From Vicugna vicugna (Eukaryota): DNA of 64,000 bases. Within the stretch, counting starts at the first letter, position 1; each line of letters opens with the position of its first letter. The DNA is taken from contig MU058387.1 in assembly GCA_013265495.1 (NCBI GenBank), positions 1,302,001 through 1,366,000 on the forward strand, in the 5' to 3' direction. A program made the translations under genes and the position numbers. This document shows positions 25,890-39,109 of the stretch, in pieces. The notes under the pieces are model-generated. The model was not told the origin of the DNA. It did not search any database and saw only the letters and a list, made by a program, of their open reading frames with translations.

Positions 25890-28200
25890 TGATTTATTTT
25901 GAAAATGTCAAATATACAAAAAAGATGCAATGTTCAATGAACCCTATATAATCATCATCTAGATTGATTAATTCATTACATTTTGCCGTATCTGTGCTAT
26001 CATGCACACTTACACACACCTTTTTTGCTGAAGCATTTGAAAAATATATACAGACACGACATTTTACACCTAAACATTTAGTATGTCCTAAGTAAAACAC
26101 ATAAACACATTCTCTGATATAAACACAATATAATTTACCAGATTCAGAAAATGTAACATTAATATAGTACTCTTTTCTAATATATAGTTCATAACCAAGT
26201 CTAACAATTGCCCTTATAATTTGCATTATAGTCTTTAAAAACAATCCAGAATGCAATCAGAAATCACCTTTGCACTTAGGTTACCTGACTTTTTGGCTTC
26301 TTTTATCTAGAACAGTTCTCCATCTTTTTGTCTCTCGTGATAATATAAATAGTTTGTGACCTAACAGAGTCGAATCTCTAATGTGACTCCCAAGTTTAGC
26401 TCTTCAGGAGCTCTGCCCACAGCAGGTGTTCACTTTTGATTGGCCCTGCAGTCCCACCCCAGTCCTCTTGCTGCCAGAGTCAACTGAAAATGACTGCTTT
26501 CTTCTTTGGCCAAGGCCTAAAGCAATGGGGTAAATGTAGAGTGTGGGGGTGATTCTTTAAGGCCTTCAGCCCTGGTGTTCTCAAGAATCTGATTCCTGTT
26601 GTTAGACTTGGTTATAGACTTCTTTCAGCCCTGCCCCTTTGCAAGCAGACAAATGTCTTGGGTCTAGACCCTGCTCAATTTCATGGGTAGGAGTTCAGGC
26701 CCTTGAAACAGTAATCCCTCACCGTTGTTTTCGAATCTTTCATGCTACTAAGATGTGTCTGTTTTTATTAACTTTAAAAAATATCTTTGGAGGGAAGTTT
26801 GTTTCAAATCATGTAGACCACCAATATTAAAAGAAAAAAATCTTGCTGATTTTTTAATTTTTAATTTTTAAGTTTATCATTTATAATCTACATATTGCTT
26901 TTTTTTGCCTTTTATGCCTTCTGTTCTTCTCAATTATCTTATCCTTGCATTCTTTTGGTATTAATCACTAACTTATAAAATCTTAATAAGCATTTTAGCC
27001 TCTATAATGGATGATATCCATAACCTCCCTTCAAATAAGACAACTTCATGCCATAATACAATTAATTTCCTCTGTTTTCCAATCACCAAAGTTGTTTGCC
27101 ATAGTCCATCATCGTTTGAGAAATCAATTCAGAGGGTTGCAACCATTAAAAAAGAAACACACAGGAAAAAAAAATTAATATTCACACACCTTGAAAATCT
27201 GTGAAAATGTATTTGGTTATATACATATACACATGCGCACACTCATATTCACCATATAAACACTGAATATAGAAAAATGTAGAAAGTATGTATTTGTACA
27301 TGTATATTACAATCACGGTTTTTAAAAAGTTGGAGTCATTAGTTCAGTGTTTCACTTCTGCACTTTATTATATCAAGAAGTATATCTTTTTATCTCTTGA
27401 TTTGAAAGAAAATAAGAGAGTATACTAAATTATGCTCTTTACATTGCTTCCATATGTATATATATGCACATATATATACATATTATACGTATATATGTAT
27501 ATATACATATATATATAAATAAAACTATGCCTCCCTTACCAAAATTTCTTCTTGAGTGATATGCTCTTCAAGGGTCTTTCTAAAGTATGATTTTTATATG
27601 ATGAACTTTCTGAGGTTTGACATGAATAAAGCATCTATTTTTCACTCTCACATTAAAATTTTATTTTTGTTATAATTTTTTTCAACATTTCAACTACATT
27701 ATTTCCTGGTCTTTTTGTCCCCAGTGTTACTATTAACCAATCCAATATCAATGTGAGTGCATTCTTTTTCTGGTTTTCAGTTTTGTTCTCTGAAGGTAAT
27801 GATATTGGTTTCTTTTTATTTTCATGGAAGAGAAATGAGCAAACTCCAAAAGCTCTCCTCCACCTCATCTTTTGAACATGGCGTTCGGCCTTCTCCATCC
27901 CAGACTGCCAATTCTTCTTCACAGCAGTTTGCAAATTTATCTATCTTTGCAGGACTCCCACAGTTTTTAACATTGGTTTTCCTGATTTATATATTTTCCT
28001 CTCATTTCTTTTGTTTCTCCTGAGATGGGTTTTACGGAAAGAATTGAAAAGTCTGATTGCTCACCATCTTGTCAGCCTGGCCAACATAACCCATATTTTT
28101 AATCAATCTAAATGCCTAAAAAGAACAATACACTCACCTTTTCAGTTTTTTCAATGCTCAATCAATCCTCAACTCAGTAAGCTGACATTCTTCTTGTCTG
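25890..28200 (-). mobile_element. Old L1/HAL1 fragments (antisense)
   Basis: T-rich degenerate L1-like phrases, e.g. 'acattttacacctaaacattta', 'gaactttctgaggtttgacatgaataaa'. Confidence 0.5.
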
Positions 28201-28499
28201 TTAAAATTAAATTGTTCTTCTTAATTTCATTACTGACTTCTATGTTGCTAAACCCAGTATGGTTTCACTTTTTAGTCCTCAACTTACAACTCTTACCAGC
28301 TATATGCACTGTAACCATGTAATTATCAAACTTCACTCCTGGCCTGAATTTTGAAACACCATTTACTTTGGGGCCATAGTCAAATTTCCATTTCTCTCCG
28401 TCCTAATTTTTTTTTTTCCTTAGCGCTATATATATTGTTACTAGAGCTACACATGACCTATGCCTAAGAAGTATGTAACAGATATTAAATATATTTTTA

Positions 28500-29300
28500 A
28501 CTTATAGGAAAGATTCTCCTGAGTTCCAGACTCATATATCCTTTTACTTACCAGACCTTTCCACTGGCACATCCCACAGACATTACTAATTCAACATGTC
28601 CGAGGCTAATGTCACCAAACATTCCCTAAACACAAGGCCAGTCCTGTGTATCATTTCTTGGAGAATGATCATTTCGTCACTTCAGTTTTCTAAGTCATAA
28701 AAAGTAGAGTCCTCCTGGTTTCCTATTATCTTTTATACTCTTTCCCAATTTTTCTGCTTCACCCATATCCAGTCTATCATCATCATTTTCATCTGTCTTA
28801 ACATCTCTTGAATCTGTATCTCTTTTTTCCATTTTCATAATCCATCTCCTCATTCTGGCATGCATTAAATTTTGCTTGAACTATTGCCATAGCCCATCTT
28901 CTGTATTAATTTCCTGTGAGTTCAGTCCTCTCCAATATATCCCCAACCCTGACAATACAATCCGAACAATATAACTTCCCTTCTCAAAGGTGGCTAATAA
29001 CTCCATGGTGCAAATTTAAATCACTTGCAGAGTAAACAAGTCGTTTAAAGAATGGCTTCTAGATGCACATGTCACCTCATCACTCTTCATGTTTACACAT
29101 CTTGTCGTGAGTCTATGATACATTCAAGGGTTTTTCACAGGGTAGTTCCTGACAGTCACTGAAATAACCTCACTTTGCTCTGTCTTCTCTTCTTTTTTTT
29201 TCTTCATATTTCATTTCAAATAATATATTTCTTGTTAAATTTCCCCTGAATCCCAAAGAACCATCGATGTCACTGCTCTGGTGCTTCACTATATTTTGTA
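28500..29300 (+). mobile_element. LINE-2 fragment
   Basis: 'ctcctgagttccagactcatatatcc', 'ttcaacatgtcc', 'cccatatccagtctatca', 'ttgcttgaactattgccatagcc'. Confidence 0.75.
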
Positions 29301-32300
29301 TTTAAAATAAGATATACTGGAATAAGTCCTTCTAGCTGTGTACTTTTTAAAGTGTCAGCTCTTTTAAGAGAGGGTTAATAATAGAAACTGCTGTGTATGG
29401 CTTTGAAATTAAATTCTGGAAAACTGTAAGCATAACATAACTTTCAGCTGTTATTTTTATCTAGTAATCATGATTAATTTAAAGAATTATCTTTCTTAAA
29501 AAAATGACATTGCTGAAAATAATATCATAGGTCCTTAATGAACATGCATTGAAGTTATGAATACATTTAGAAATATGCTGCATTCAGATATCACAATATC
29601 AGGGTTATGAAATTGTAGTGTCAGTGAAAGGAATGTAGCTTTAATTCCTTGTCAAATAAATCAGTAGATATCACAAATATTGCTAGATCAAATATTATTT
29701 TAAGACCTGCCAGAAATTACAGGTGTCTAAACTCCAGGAAAAATGGACACAAGGATCTGGAATGAGATCAATGTACAATATTAGCTTTATGCTCCAGCCC
29801 ACCCCAAATGCAGGGCTTCTTACTGAGGCTCTGTTGGAGATGTGCTCTTTTATAGTAATCAAAGGCTTAGCCATTTCAAAGCTTGTGGGAATATAAGATA
29901 AAGCTTCTCAGGAGGTGGTCTAACCTCTTGAATAGATGTGGAATATGATATATGCAAATTGTAAATCTTGCTAAGATTATTTTCTGCACTTTGCTCTCTG
30001 AAGCTAGGGCTTGGAAGATGGTTGTTATCAGAACAGGAAATATCAAGACGGAATTGCTTTACAATGAGGTTGTATATATATTCAGGTCATTGCTGTGTAC
30101 TTTCTGAAATTATTGGAGGGGAAATCCACCAAAACAAATGTCATCTCCTCCTCTTGCATATAGACTGGGAACATATGTATATGCATATAGATAGACACCA
30201 ACACACAGTTCTAAACAAACTTACAAATAAATGATACAGATGAAATACATACAAAATTTCTACCCTTTCAAGTTAAATCTGTTTAAAAACTTTTAGTGGA
30301 TCATCTCTTAAACTACAACTTGTCTCACCGGCATATAAAGTTGATTAATGGGAAAGTTCCGCTGTGAAATTTGTTGAAGTCACACTTTGATTTCATGTCA
30401 TTTTTGTTTTTTTGACTGAAGTTTTATACTGTGCCTAAATACTTGCAACTCTTGGGGCAGACTGTTGCTAGAAAAATCTATAGGAACCAAATACAGTTTT
30501 CTCTCCCAGTACCAGAAAAATCGTTTGGTTCAGAGGTTTAATTAAACATTGTGTGACCACTGTACACCACTAACTCACTTAGTTCCATCTCTCCCCTATC
30601 AAAATACTGTCTTTCTCATAGATAAAAGTCTATGCCAAACACCCAGTCCCCTATCTACTGATCACTAATGTTGAGACACCTGCCTGATTAAAGCATTTCT
30701 TTTCATGATACCTCAATATCCTGTAGAAATACCAAAATTTGTTCTAGCACTACCCATATTTAATTTCTGCATCTTCCCACAGCTTCTCTTTCTAATTTTT
30801 TAATGAATGATAATCATATTACAAGCTTATACCGTCATATGTAAATTGTATAAGACCATACTATTTAAATATCAGGTGTAGCTTCCTCTTCAGGGCTCTG
30901 AAAGGTTCATGATAAAAAAACAAAGTAAGTGAAACTCCTCAGACATCCAGGAAAGACAGGAAGGTATTTTTACCAAAACGCCACACTTTTATGTACAAGT
31001 AAGTGAATCCATAGTTCCCTATACCCCTTTGGGGTAGTTAATCTGGAGAAACTTTGAAAACTTTTCATCCTTTCACTGTTTGTGTTATCTCCGATTCACG
31101 ATTCTAGAGAATTCAATTTTTACTGTTTTTTTTTTTCTTTCAGTTTTACCTCAGTAACAAGCTGACTTTATTCATTTTCTCTTTGTCTCTAAATGTCAGA
31201 AGTCCCTGATTGGCACATTTATATTATTACTTTGTTGGCAACGTGTGGATACACCGATGCCCAGCATGGCTACCTCTGGGCATCAGAGGCAGAGAAGAAA
31301 TACTGACTGAGAATCCCCAGAATAATATGTTTCAGACTCATTGCATTCTGTTTTATTTTTTCTTCCCCTAAATGTTAACTTGGAAAAGCCATAGATTTTG
31401 TTGGTCTGGAATTAAGAGTATTCATTTCTCTGTTCAATTTTCTAAAATAAACTCTCAGTGGATTTTTATTAAAAAGTATAAAATACACTTGCCGCTTAGA
31501 CTTTTCTTAGAATTGCCTCCCAGGAAGAAAGAAAATGGTAAACCAGAGATAAATGGTGAGGGCTGTAGAATCTGTAGAATTTTCAGTGCATTGGCATCGA
31601 GTCTTTATTGTTATTACACCAGTGTTTATTTCCATAATTCTGATACAGTAAAGCTGTGTGATGCTCAGTAGTGCACTAAAATGCTAAACATTGATTACTG
31701 AAAACTGGATATTTTTTTTCTTGAATATATCCTAAAGTTGGCAAAAGTTTTAACTGGCTCCCAAGGGCTTGATTATAATCCCTGACAGTGCATGAACTAT
31801 GGTTTCTCCATCTTCTCTAAAGTCCCTAGAAACAATGAAACAGTGGTTTAAACAATCAATAATCATCTTGGAAAACAACAAGAGGAATCCTTGAGGATAA
31901 GAAAACTTCAGAAAATCCTGACTGGCACAAGGCAGGCAGGGGTCAGAAGTGAAAAAGGAAACCTTAATTTGAATGTACATAAAGAAGTATTGCCGCAAAA
32001 TAGCACCAGGAAAAAGAGCCAGATACGAACGCAGGTCTGTGCATAACTTTTAGGAGGATTCAGTGGGGCTTCCTGGAAGGTGAGTCCACACCTTAGGGAC
32101 ACCTCTCAACACACACCTATGTAGCTGCGGGCCGCTTGGCAATGACGGTCGTGTGTGTCTCCCAGTATGAACAGCAAGGGAGTGTAAACCGAGCAGTGCA
32201 CTGAATGACTGGCAACTGCAAATAATAAAGAAGAATATTCACACCCGAAGGATGAGCAGGGGAAATAACTTACCAGCAGTGACATCCTTCCCATCAACCT

Positions 32301-33240
32301 CCTGGTAAAAACAGAAAGTACCAGAAGTTCAGAAGCCCTACACGCCTGCTCCTTCCTGGCATTTCTCCTCTGGGCAAGGAGGATTCAGCATTTGAGGGGC
32401 AGGGCACTTAAGCCATAAAGATGAGCACACACCAGGAATGACCAGAGCTTGAAGGGAAACGCATACCGTGCAAAGGGAAGAAACTCGATCAATGTAGCAA
32501 CATTCATGCGAAGAAACATAGTACACAGTGAGAATAAAGCACACCTTAGCATTTCATTAATTTAATAGTCCCTGGAAGATGTGAAGGGACATTGGGTCCA
32601 TAAGAAAGAATCAACTGCTGATCAAAAATTTGAATTATGAAAATTGAAAGAATAAATGACTCACAAGAAGACGTTAGAAATCTTTACAGTAACACAGAGG
32701 GAGACACCAAATACAGCACAACAGGATAGGTAAAATAGAAATTATGGGAGAGAAAGATGCACAGATCTAGAAATCGCAAATGTGCTTACGGTGTTCCAGG
32801 AGAAAATACAGAGAAGGTTGAGGAGAGGACATAGCTAACAGAATAATAGAAGACAGTTTCTCAAGCTGATGAAATATGTAAGTCATCCAAAGGGGACTAT
32901 CTAGTTCCAGGAACACTGAAACACACACACACACAAATATGCACACTTAGATGCACCCTTTTAACTCACTGTGATAAAACGTGAAACTGACAAAGAGAAA
33001 TAGAAACTCCCTCCCCGAAAAAAATCTAGAAAGGGATGGCAGGGAAAAACAATCTCTACAAATGAATGACTTAGCAATTAGATGTTATGGACTAAATGTT
33101 TGTGTCCCCCTAAAATTCGTAAGTTGAAGCCCCATCCCCCAGTGTGATGACATTTGTGGGTATGCCCTTGGGAGGTGATTATGTTTAGATGGTCATGAGG
33201 ATTGGGCTCCCAAGGTGGGATTAGTGTCCCTATAAGAAGC

Positions 33241-34226
33241 TGTAGTGTAAGTTCCTGACCATCAGCTTTCTTATTATAACGTAAGTGTCAGATGTACATC
33301 AAGATTTTAATTGTCAAGGCATTCATTTAAAAGACATCCATTTCTCTTGATTAAACACATTGCTGGCTACACAGCTAGATAAACATCCAGGCTGCCCCAC
33401 CCATGAAGTTTCCCTTTTAGAAAGCCTTCCTTGACTTAGATAACTGCCCTTTTGAATGACTTTGCCTTTTTCCTTCTCATGCTTTAATTCCTACTCTTTT
33501 TTTTGGTCTTTTTAAAAAATTTTATTGAAGTATAGTCAGTTACAATGTGTCGATTTCTGATGTATAGCATAATGTCCCAGTCATGCTTGTATATACATAT
33601 ATTCATTTTCATATTCTTTTTCATAAAGGTTATTACAAGATATTGAACATAGTTTCCTGTGCTATACAGAAGAAATTTGTTTTTTTATCTATTTTTATAT
33701 ATAGTGATAAACCTTTGCAGATCTCAAACTACCAAATTTATCCCTTCCAGCCCTGTTTTCCCCTGGCAACCATAAAATTGTCTGTGAGTCTATTTCTGTT
33801 TTGTAGATGAGTTCATTAGTGTCCTCTTTTTTTCTTTTTTGATCCCACATACTCATATTTTAAACTTACCAATAAGGACTAAACCTACAAAACTTCAGGC
33901 ACCTCATTTTTGATCCCAATAAAGATAGAACCCCAGATCCACACTGTCCCTCTCTCCCCACTACCTGGCTGCTGGCCCTGGGGCTGCCAAGTATCCTCCA
34001 GGATCTGTGAGTAATAGACCTTATATTTTCAAACATCTCTGATGGTTGTCGTGGAGGTATGTCTTGAAATCATAATAAGAAATACAAAGGCTGGTCCAGC
34101 CAACAAGGGCTCAGTTCAGAGAATGTCTGTGGCGGCCGCCACAAGTAGTGCAGCCCAGGTGAGCAGCCTCCTGAGCATTTCTGCCCAGCAGCACTGCTAC
34201 CAATGGGCTGAGACCAACCCAAAACA
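33241..34226 (+). mobile_element. ERV-like solo LTR inserted in MLT1 (family not identified)
   Basis: TG...CA termini, flanks gaagc / gaaga, internal aataaa; precisely interrupts the MLT1. Confidence 0.65.
33515..33851 (-). mobile_element. Camelid-type L1 3' end inside the LTR
   Basis: 'ttttattgaagtatagtcagttacaatg' through 'tttgatcccacata'. Confidence 0.88.
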
Positions 34227-34869
34227 GAAGAGCAAAAGAGACCAGATCCCTCTCTTTCTGGATGTATGAATCTCTTTCTCCACCATGTGAAGAATGCAAT
34301 TAGCTATAGCCCAGAAACCAAACATGCAGGCACCCTGATCTCAGACGTCCAGCTTCTACTGTGAGAAAGTGCTTTCTGTTGTTTAAGTCACCTGGTCTAG
34401 GGTATTTTGTCATGGCAGCCCAGGCTGACTAAACCCCATCGTGACATTCACAGCATGAAGTCAATAGATTTAAGTGTTTAAAGGAAAATAACATTAAACC
34501 TATCTATAGCAAGTGCAAGCTTAGTGACACAAGGACGTTTCAAATGTACAATAGTTCTTAAAATTAACCTACCCAGATGCTTTCTAAAAATGATACTAGA
34601 TATAGATAATGGTTATGGTTGCACAATATTGTAAATACCATTATGCCAACAAATCACATAGTTAAAAGGAGTCACAAAGGCAAGACTTAACGTTGTACAT
34701 ATTTCACCAGAATAAGAAAAATTTTATTAGGGGGTCAATTCTAGCAAGACAAAATTCAACCCAGGAGGAAGATGAAAGAAGCAGTGAAGGACAATTATAG
34801 GATAATTAAATACACAGGCCTTAGAATATGTAGAGCAACACAGCAAAGTTAAAAATTAGAATAGATTTA

Positions 34870-35039
34870 TACATATTTTTATTGAAGTGTAGTCAGTTTA
34901 CAATGTTGTGTTGATTTCTGGTGTACAGCACAATGCTTCAGTCATACATGAACATACATATATTCATTTTCATATTCTTTTTCATTATAGGTTACTACAA
35001 GATACTGAATATAGTTCCTGTGCTATACAGCATAAAGAG
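34870..35039 (-). mobile_element. Short camelid-type L1 3' end
   Basis: Antisense L1 3'UTR. TSD attagaatagattta (34855-34869) / attagagtagattta (35040-35054). Confidence 0.88.
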
Positions 35040-35399
35040 ATTAGAGTAGATTTAAATATCATCACTTTAAGAGTATATCTAATAAAAGATCTAATAAATT
35101 TCTTACCCCTAAAACATAGTAGCATTTTTAAGCACAAGAAACACACAAAAAGAGTATTGTACTAAACCACAAAGAAAAACAAAGCAATACTTCAAAGCTG
35201 ATGTTATGGCCATCATGCAATGCAGTTAGAGATTGATAGTCATAAGTAGCTAAACATGAATATATCTGGATATTTACATGTATATATATATATACCTTAT
35301 TTATATATGCTATATATGCCATGTATATGTGCTATATATATATATGCCAAATGTAAACATTTTTGGCTTAAAAAGATACTCAATTAGAAATTAAAATTA

Positions 35400-38300
35400 T
35401 TTTAAAAAAAGGAAACGGTTTATGCGGGCAAATACAATTTATAGGAACTTTTTAGCTCTTTGCTATAAATTGACAAGATTGTCCCAAAACAGAAAACTTG
35501 AGCACACAAAAACTATAGGATGCATGAAAACTGTCATTAAAAAATCTACCTCTTAAAAGTAAACAGACACAGATATTTCAAGAATAAGGGATACCAAGCT
35601 CGAAAGGAACAAATAACTCCTACCTTGTAAAACCTGTTTAGAACATAGAGAAAAGGTGGGAAGCTCTCCAGGTCATTTTGCAAGGCTGTATAAAGGAAAC
35701 TTCACTGTGGTCTTGGGACGGCAACAGAGACCATGAAGCTGAAGAACAGTGGTTGGCAGATTATCCCTGCAGAACATGCTGAGATAGCGTGAACACTTCT
35801 GGAAACTTTAGTTTAAAGCCTTAAAAGTGCAGGTGAGTAGATTGATCAGAGGTGTTTCTTAGTTAGAAGCCCCCCTTTGGAGAGAGTTGATAGTAAACCG
35901 TGGATCCCCACTTCTTCCCCCAGCTGAGAAGAGCTTCAGATAAACTTTCAGAAGCCTGATGTGAGCAGACTGCAGATTGGATCACTCAGGAGACTGGAAT
36001 CTGTTTCCAGAAATTAGTGGGACAGGGAGTTTTCCTGTGGCTTGGATAGACCTGAGAATAAGAGCCAAGACTCCCCCAGGCTGAAATTAATCCCGTTCAA
36101 GAGGGTCGTCGGGAGGAGTGAGGTCCCAGCAAATGAGCGTCTGCATAGGAAGATCTGATGAAAGCCAGGGGCTCTCAGGCCACAAGGAGGCAGCGGAAAG
36201 ACGGCATCCCCTGCCTCAGACCACACCAGTATGTCGTCCTGAATACAGCACATCTCCAAGAGGCAACAGAAGCACTGCACGAAAGAAAAAGCCAGAACTC
36301 TGACACCTACCACACAGATGGTCCCAATACCGGAAGACGATGAGTGGAAGATCCACATAAGACTTTTTTTTTTCCCCCCTCTAATTCTTACTACTCCTTA
36401 GGCCTGATCCTGGAAGGGCTGAAAAGAGAGGCCACTTGAAGGAAGAGGAGATATAGAGCAAGAAGAAGAGTGAGAGAAACTGGCCACTTTACCCTTCTTT
36501 CCTACTTTGCATCAAATAATGGAGTGTAGCTTTGATATGAGGGGCTGGGCTAAACAAACAAGAGACTGCCTGCTGCCACATAATAGTGATTCAGTAAGTT
36601 CTGGGTTCTGATCAACCATCACCCCTGAACCATCTTGTAGTCCCACCCCTACTGAGCCAAGCCCGTTCAGTGTACCAGCAACACTGCAAACTCTGACAGC
36701 CAAACAAATTAGGACAGCACAATAAAAGGAAACTGTAGGAATATCTCCTTATAAGATAATAATAAGTCAAATGGTAAAAGAATTGCTTATAGAGCAAAGT
36801 TGGATTTATCCCCAGTTTGAAAAAAGATGCTTCAAAAGCACAGAGTATATATATATATTTGTCTATATACATATCTGCATTCTACACAATATATATTTTA
36901 CATGTATACATAATACAAGAATTTAATTTTCTATATTAATAGACAAATGGGAGAATGTGACCCCAGTACATGCCCATTGTCTCAGCTAAAGTTAAATAGT
37001 TATGATGAAACTAAATCCAAAAAATATCTTAGAAGCTATGAAATAAGGGAAGGGGGCATCTTTAGTAGAAAACATTAGTATAACCTAAAATCATTTTATC
37101 AATTTAAGAAATAAAATATAGTTGCATTTACCACTGTAATCATTCAAAACAATACTGGAATTTCCAGCCAGCTGAATCAGATAAGATGTTGATACAGTTT
37201 TAAACGCTAAACAGAAAAGGCAAAACTATTTTTTTTATAAATTTTAGAGGATATAATTGTCTATCTAAGAAATCCAAGCAAATCGACAATAAGGTATCAA
37301 CAAGGGGGCTGCATAAAAATTAGATCATAGAAATCAACGCTGTTTCTCAAATAAACCTACCAACCACAAAAAGTGACAGGAAAAAGCGTCCTTTACCAGG
37401 TAATCAGACTATAAAGCACTTAGGAATAAATTCACACAGAATTTTAAAAGCACAAACTTTAAAACTTAATGGGAGGAAAGTTGGGTTTTTTGTTTTGTTT
37501 TGTTTTTTGTGTTTGTTTTTTTTTTTAAGCTGAATTAGTGGGATAAAACTGTGGTCATGAGGGGGAAAATGGAGACTAAAGATATTACATTGCTCTCATT
37601 AATCGATTTCTAGATATTATTCCTAGAACCTGAGAAAATACTTCAAAAATACTTATGATATTTTCACTGTATTATGCCGGTCGGGATGGAGGTTATGAGA
37701 GAAACAGAGAGGCAGAGACAGAGAAAGAGAGATCGCCTTACCACATCCCAAAATACTTGTTATATGAATTCAGTCAGTGTGGTATTATATAGAAATAGAT
37801 GAGGTGATTAACTGACCAGAATACATAGTCAAGAAATAGACCTACATGTGTAGGTTTTGGCAGTGGGCAAAGGGTATTTCAAACTGATGAGGAAATAATG
37901 GATTATTCAATAACTAGTGCCAAGAAAGCATGATAGTCATATGAAAACAATAAAAATGTGCACTTAACTCTATTTATTCAAATCCTAGAATGGAACAAAA
38001 AATAAACATAAATGACAAAATGGTAAATATATTAAAAGGAAATATAAGATAATATGTTTATGACTTTTGGGGAAAAGCTCTTTATACACAAAATACATAA
38101 ACATCATAAATTAAAGGAGCCATAAATTCACTACATAGAAATTTTTAAACTTCTGTCAGACAAAAGACAAGTTAGCCAGAGTAAAGGGAAGCCGTACACT
38201 AGGAAAATACACCAATAATGGGAAAATTTTAACAGCAACTATCCAGAATACAAAAGCACATCCCTCAGGGTCAAGAAAACAAAAGCAAGTCAATATAAAA

Positions 38301-38630
38301 AATGGATAATTTCTGTAAGAAAAATGTAGTACTACTTAGTACTTAGTACTACCTGGGTAAATGCAAATCAAAATCACAAAATATCACATTCGAAGCTGGA
38401 GAGTTTAGATAGACCTGTATTCTTACCGTCTGCCAAATGGGGCAAACTTACTCAATCCACCTGAAGTGGTGGAGAAAGATTTGGCAGAATCTTTTAAAAT
38501 AAATAATCATATTAAAAATGCCCATGACCTAAAAGCCAGCCATTCAATTACTGGATCACCTCTTTCGCCCACATATAGACAATATTCTAGATGGCAGTTT
38601 TAAAGAATGAGGTAGACCGACTGCTATTAG
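35400..38630 (+). mobile_element. Old degenerate L1 ORF2 region with a 1-kb insertion
   Basis: 'aaacctgtttagaacatagagaaaagg...gctctccaggtcattt', 'caatactggaatttccagcca', 'aaagcacttaggaataaatt', 'agtcaagaaatagacctaca'. Confidence 0.75.
35687..36677. mobile_element. About 1-kb LTR-like insertion, family unidentified
   Basis: GC-richer block starting with TG that interrupts otherwise colinear L1 ORF2 sequence. Confidence 0.45.
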
Positions 38631-38637
38631 TTATATA

Positions 38638-39109
38638 AAAGCATACCTTGTTTTATTGCGCCCTATTTTATTGTGTTTCACAGATACTGTGACTTTTGCA
38701 AACTGAAAATTTGTGGCAAGTGTATTGGCCCCATTTTTCCAGCCACTTTTGTTCACGTTGTGTCTATGCATTGCATTTTGGTAATTCTTGCAATATTTCA
38801 AAATTTTTCATTATTATATTGATTAGGGTGAGCTGTTATGTTATTACTAGGACTCAGTGAAGTCTCAGATCATGGTTATGAATTTTAGCAGTAATTTTTT
38901 AAAAATCAAGATATGTACATTCCTTTTTAGACATAATGCTATTGCATACTTAACAGACCACAGTGTAGTGTAATCATATATTTTTATACGTACTGGGAAA
39001 CCAAAAAAAAATTGTGTCACTTGCTTTATTGCAATATTCACTTTACTGTGATATTCCCTTTACTGTGGTGGTCTAGAACCAAACCAGAAATATCTCCAAC
39101 ATATGCCCG
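38638..39109 (+). mobile_element. Tigger1 internal-deletion derivative (Tc1/mariner, non-autonomous)
   Basis: Left end 'gcataccttgttttattgcg' and right end 'aatatctccaacatatgcccg' match both Tigger1 termini. TA on both sides; transposase absent. Confidence 0.9.

Larger units (their letters stand above)
33083..34434 (+). mobile_element. MLT1A/B-like LTR, split at 33240/34227
   Basis: 5' part 'tgttatggactaaatgtttgtgtccccctaaaattc...gggattagtgtccctataaga'; 3' part 'caccctgatctcagacgtccagc...tattttgtcatggcagcccaggctgactaa'. Confidence 0.85.
32540..34860 (+). mobile_element. Old L1/HAL1 ORF1-like remnant, split by nested LTRs
   Basis: A-rich L1-like sequence ('aataatagaagacagtttctcaagctga') on both sides of the MLT1. 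Confidence 0.55.

Noticed and set aside
27452..27483. 15-bp perfect inverted repeat
   Set aside because: Made of (TA)n-like low-complexity sequence, where self-complementarity is expected.
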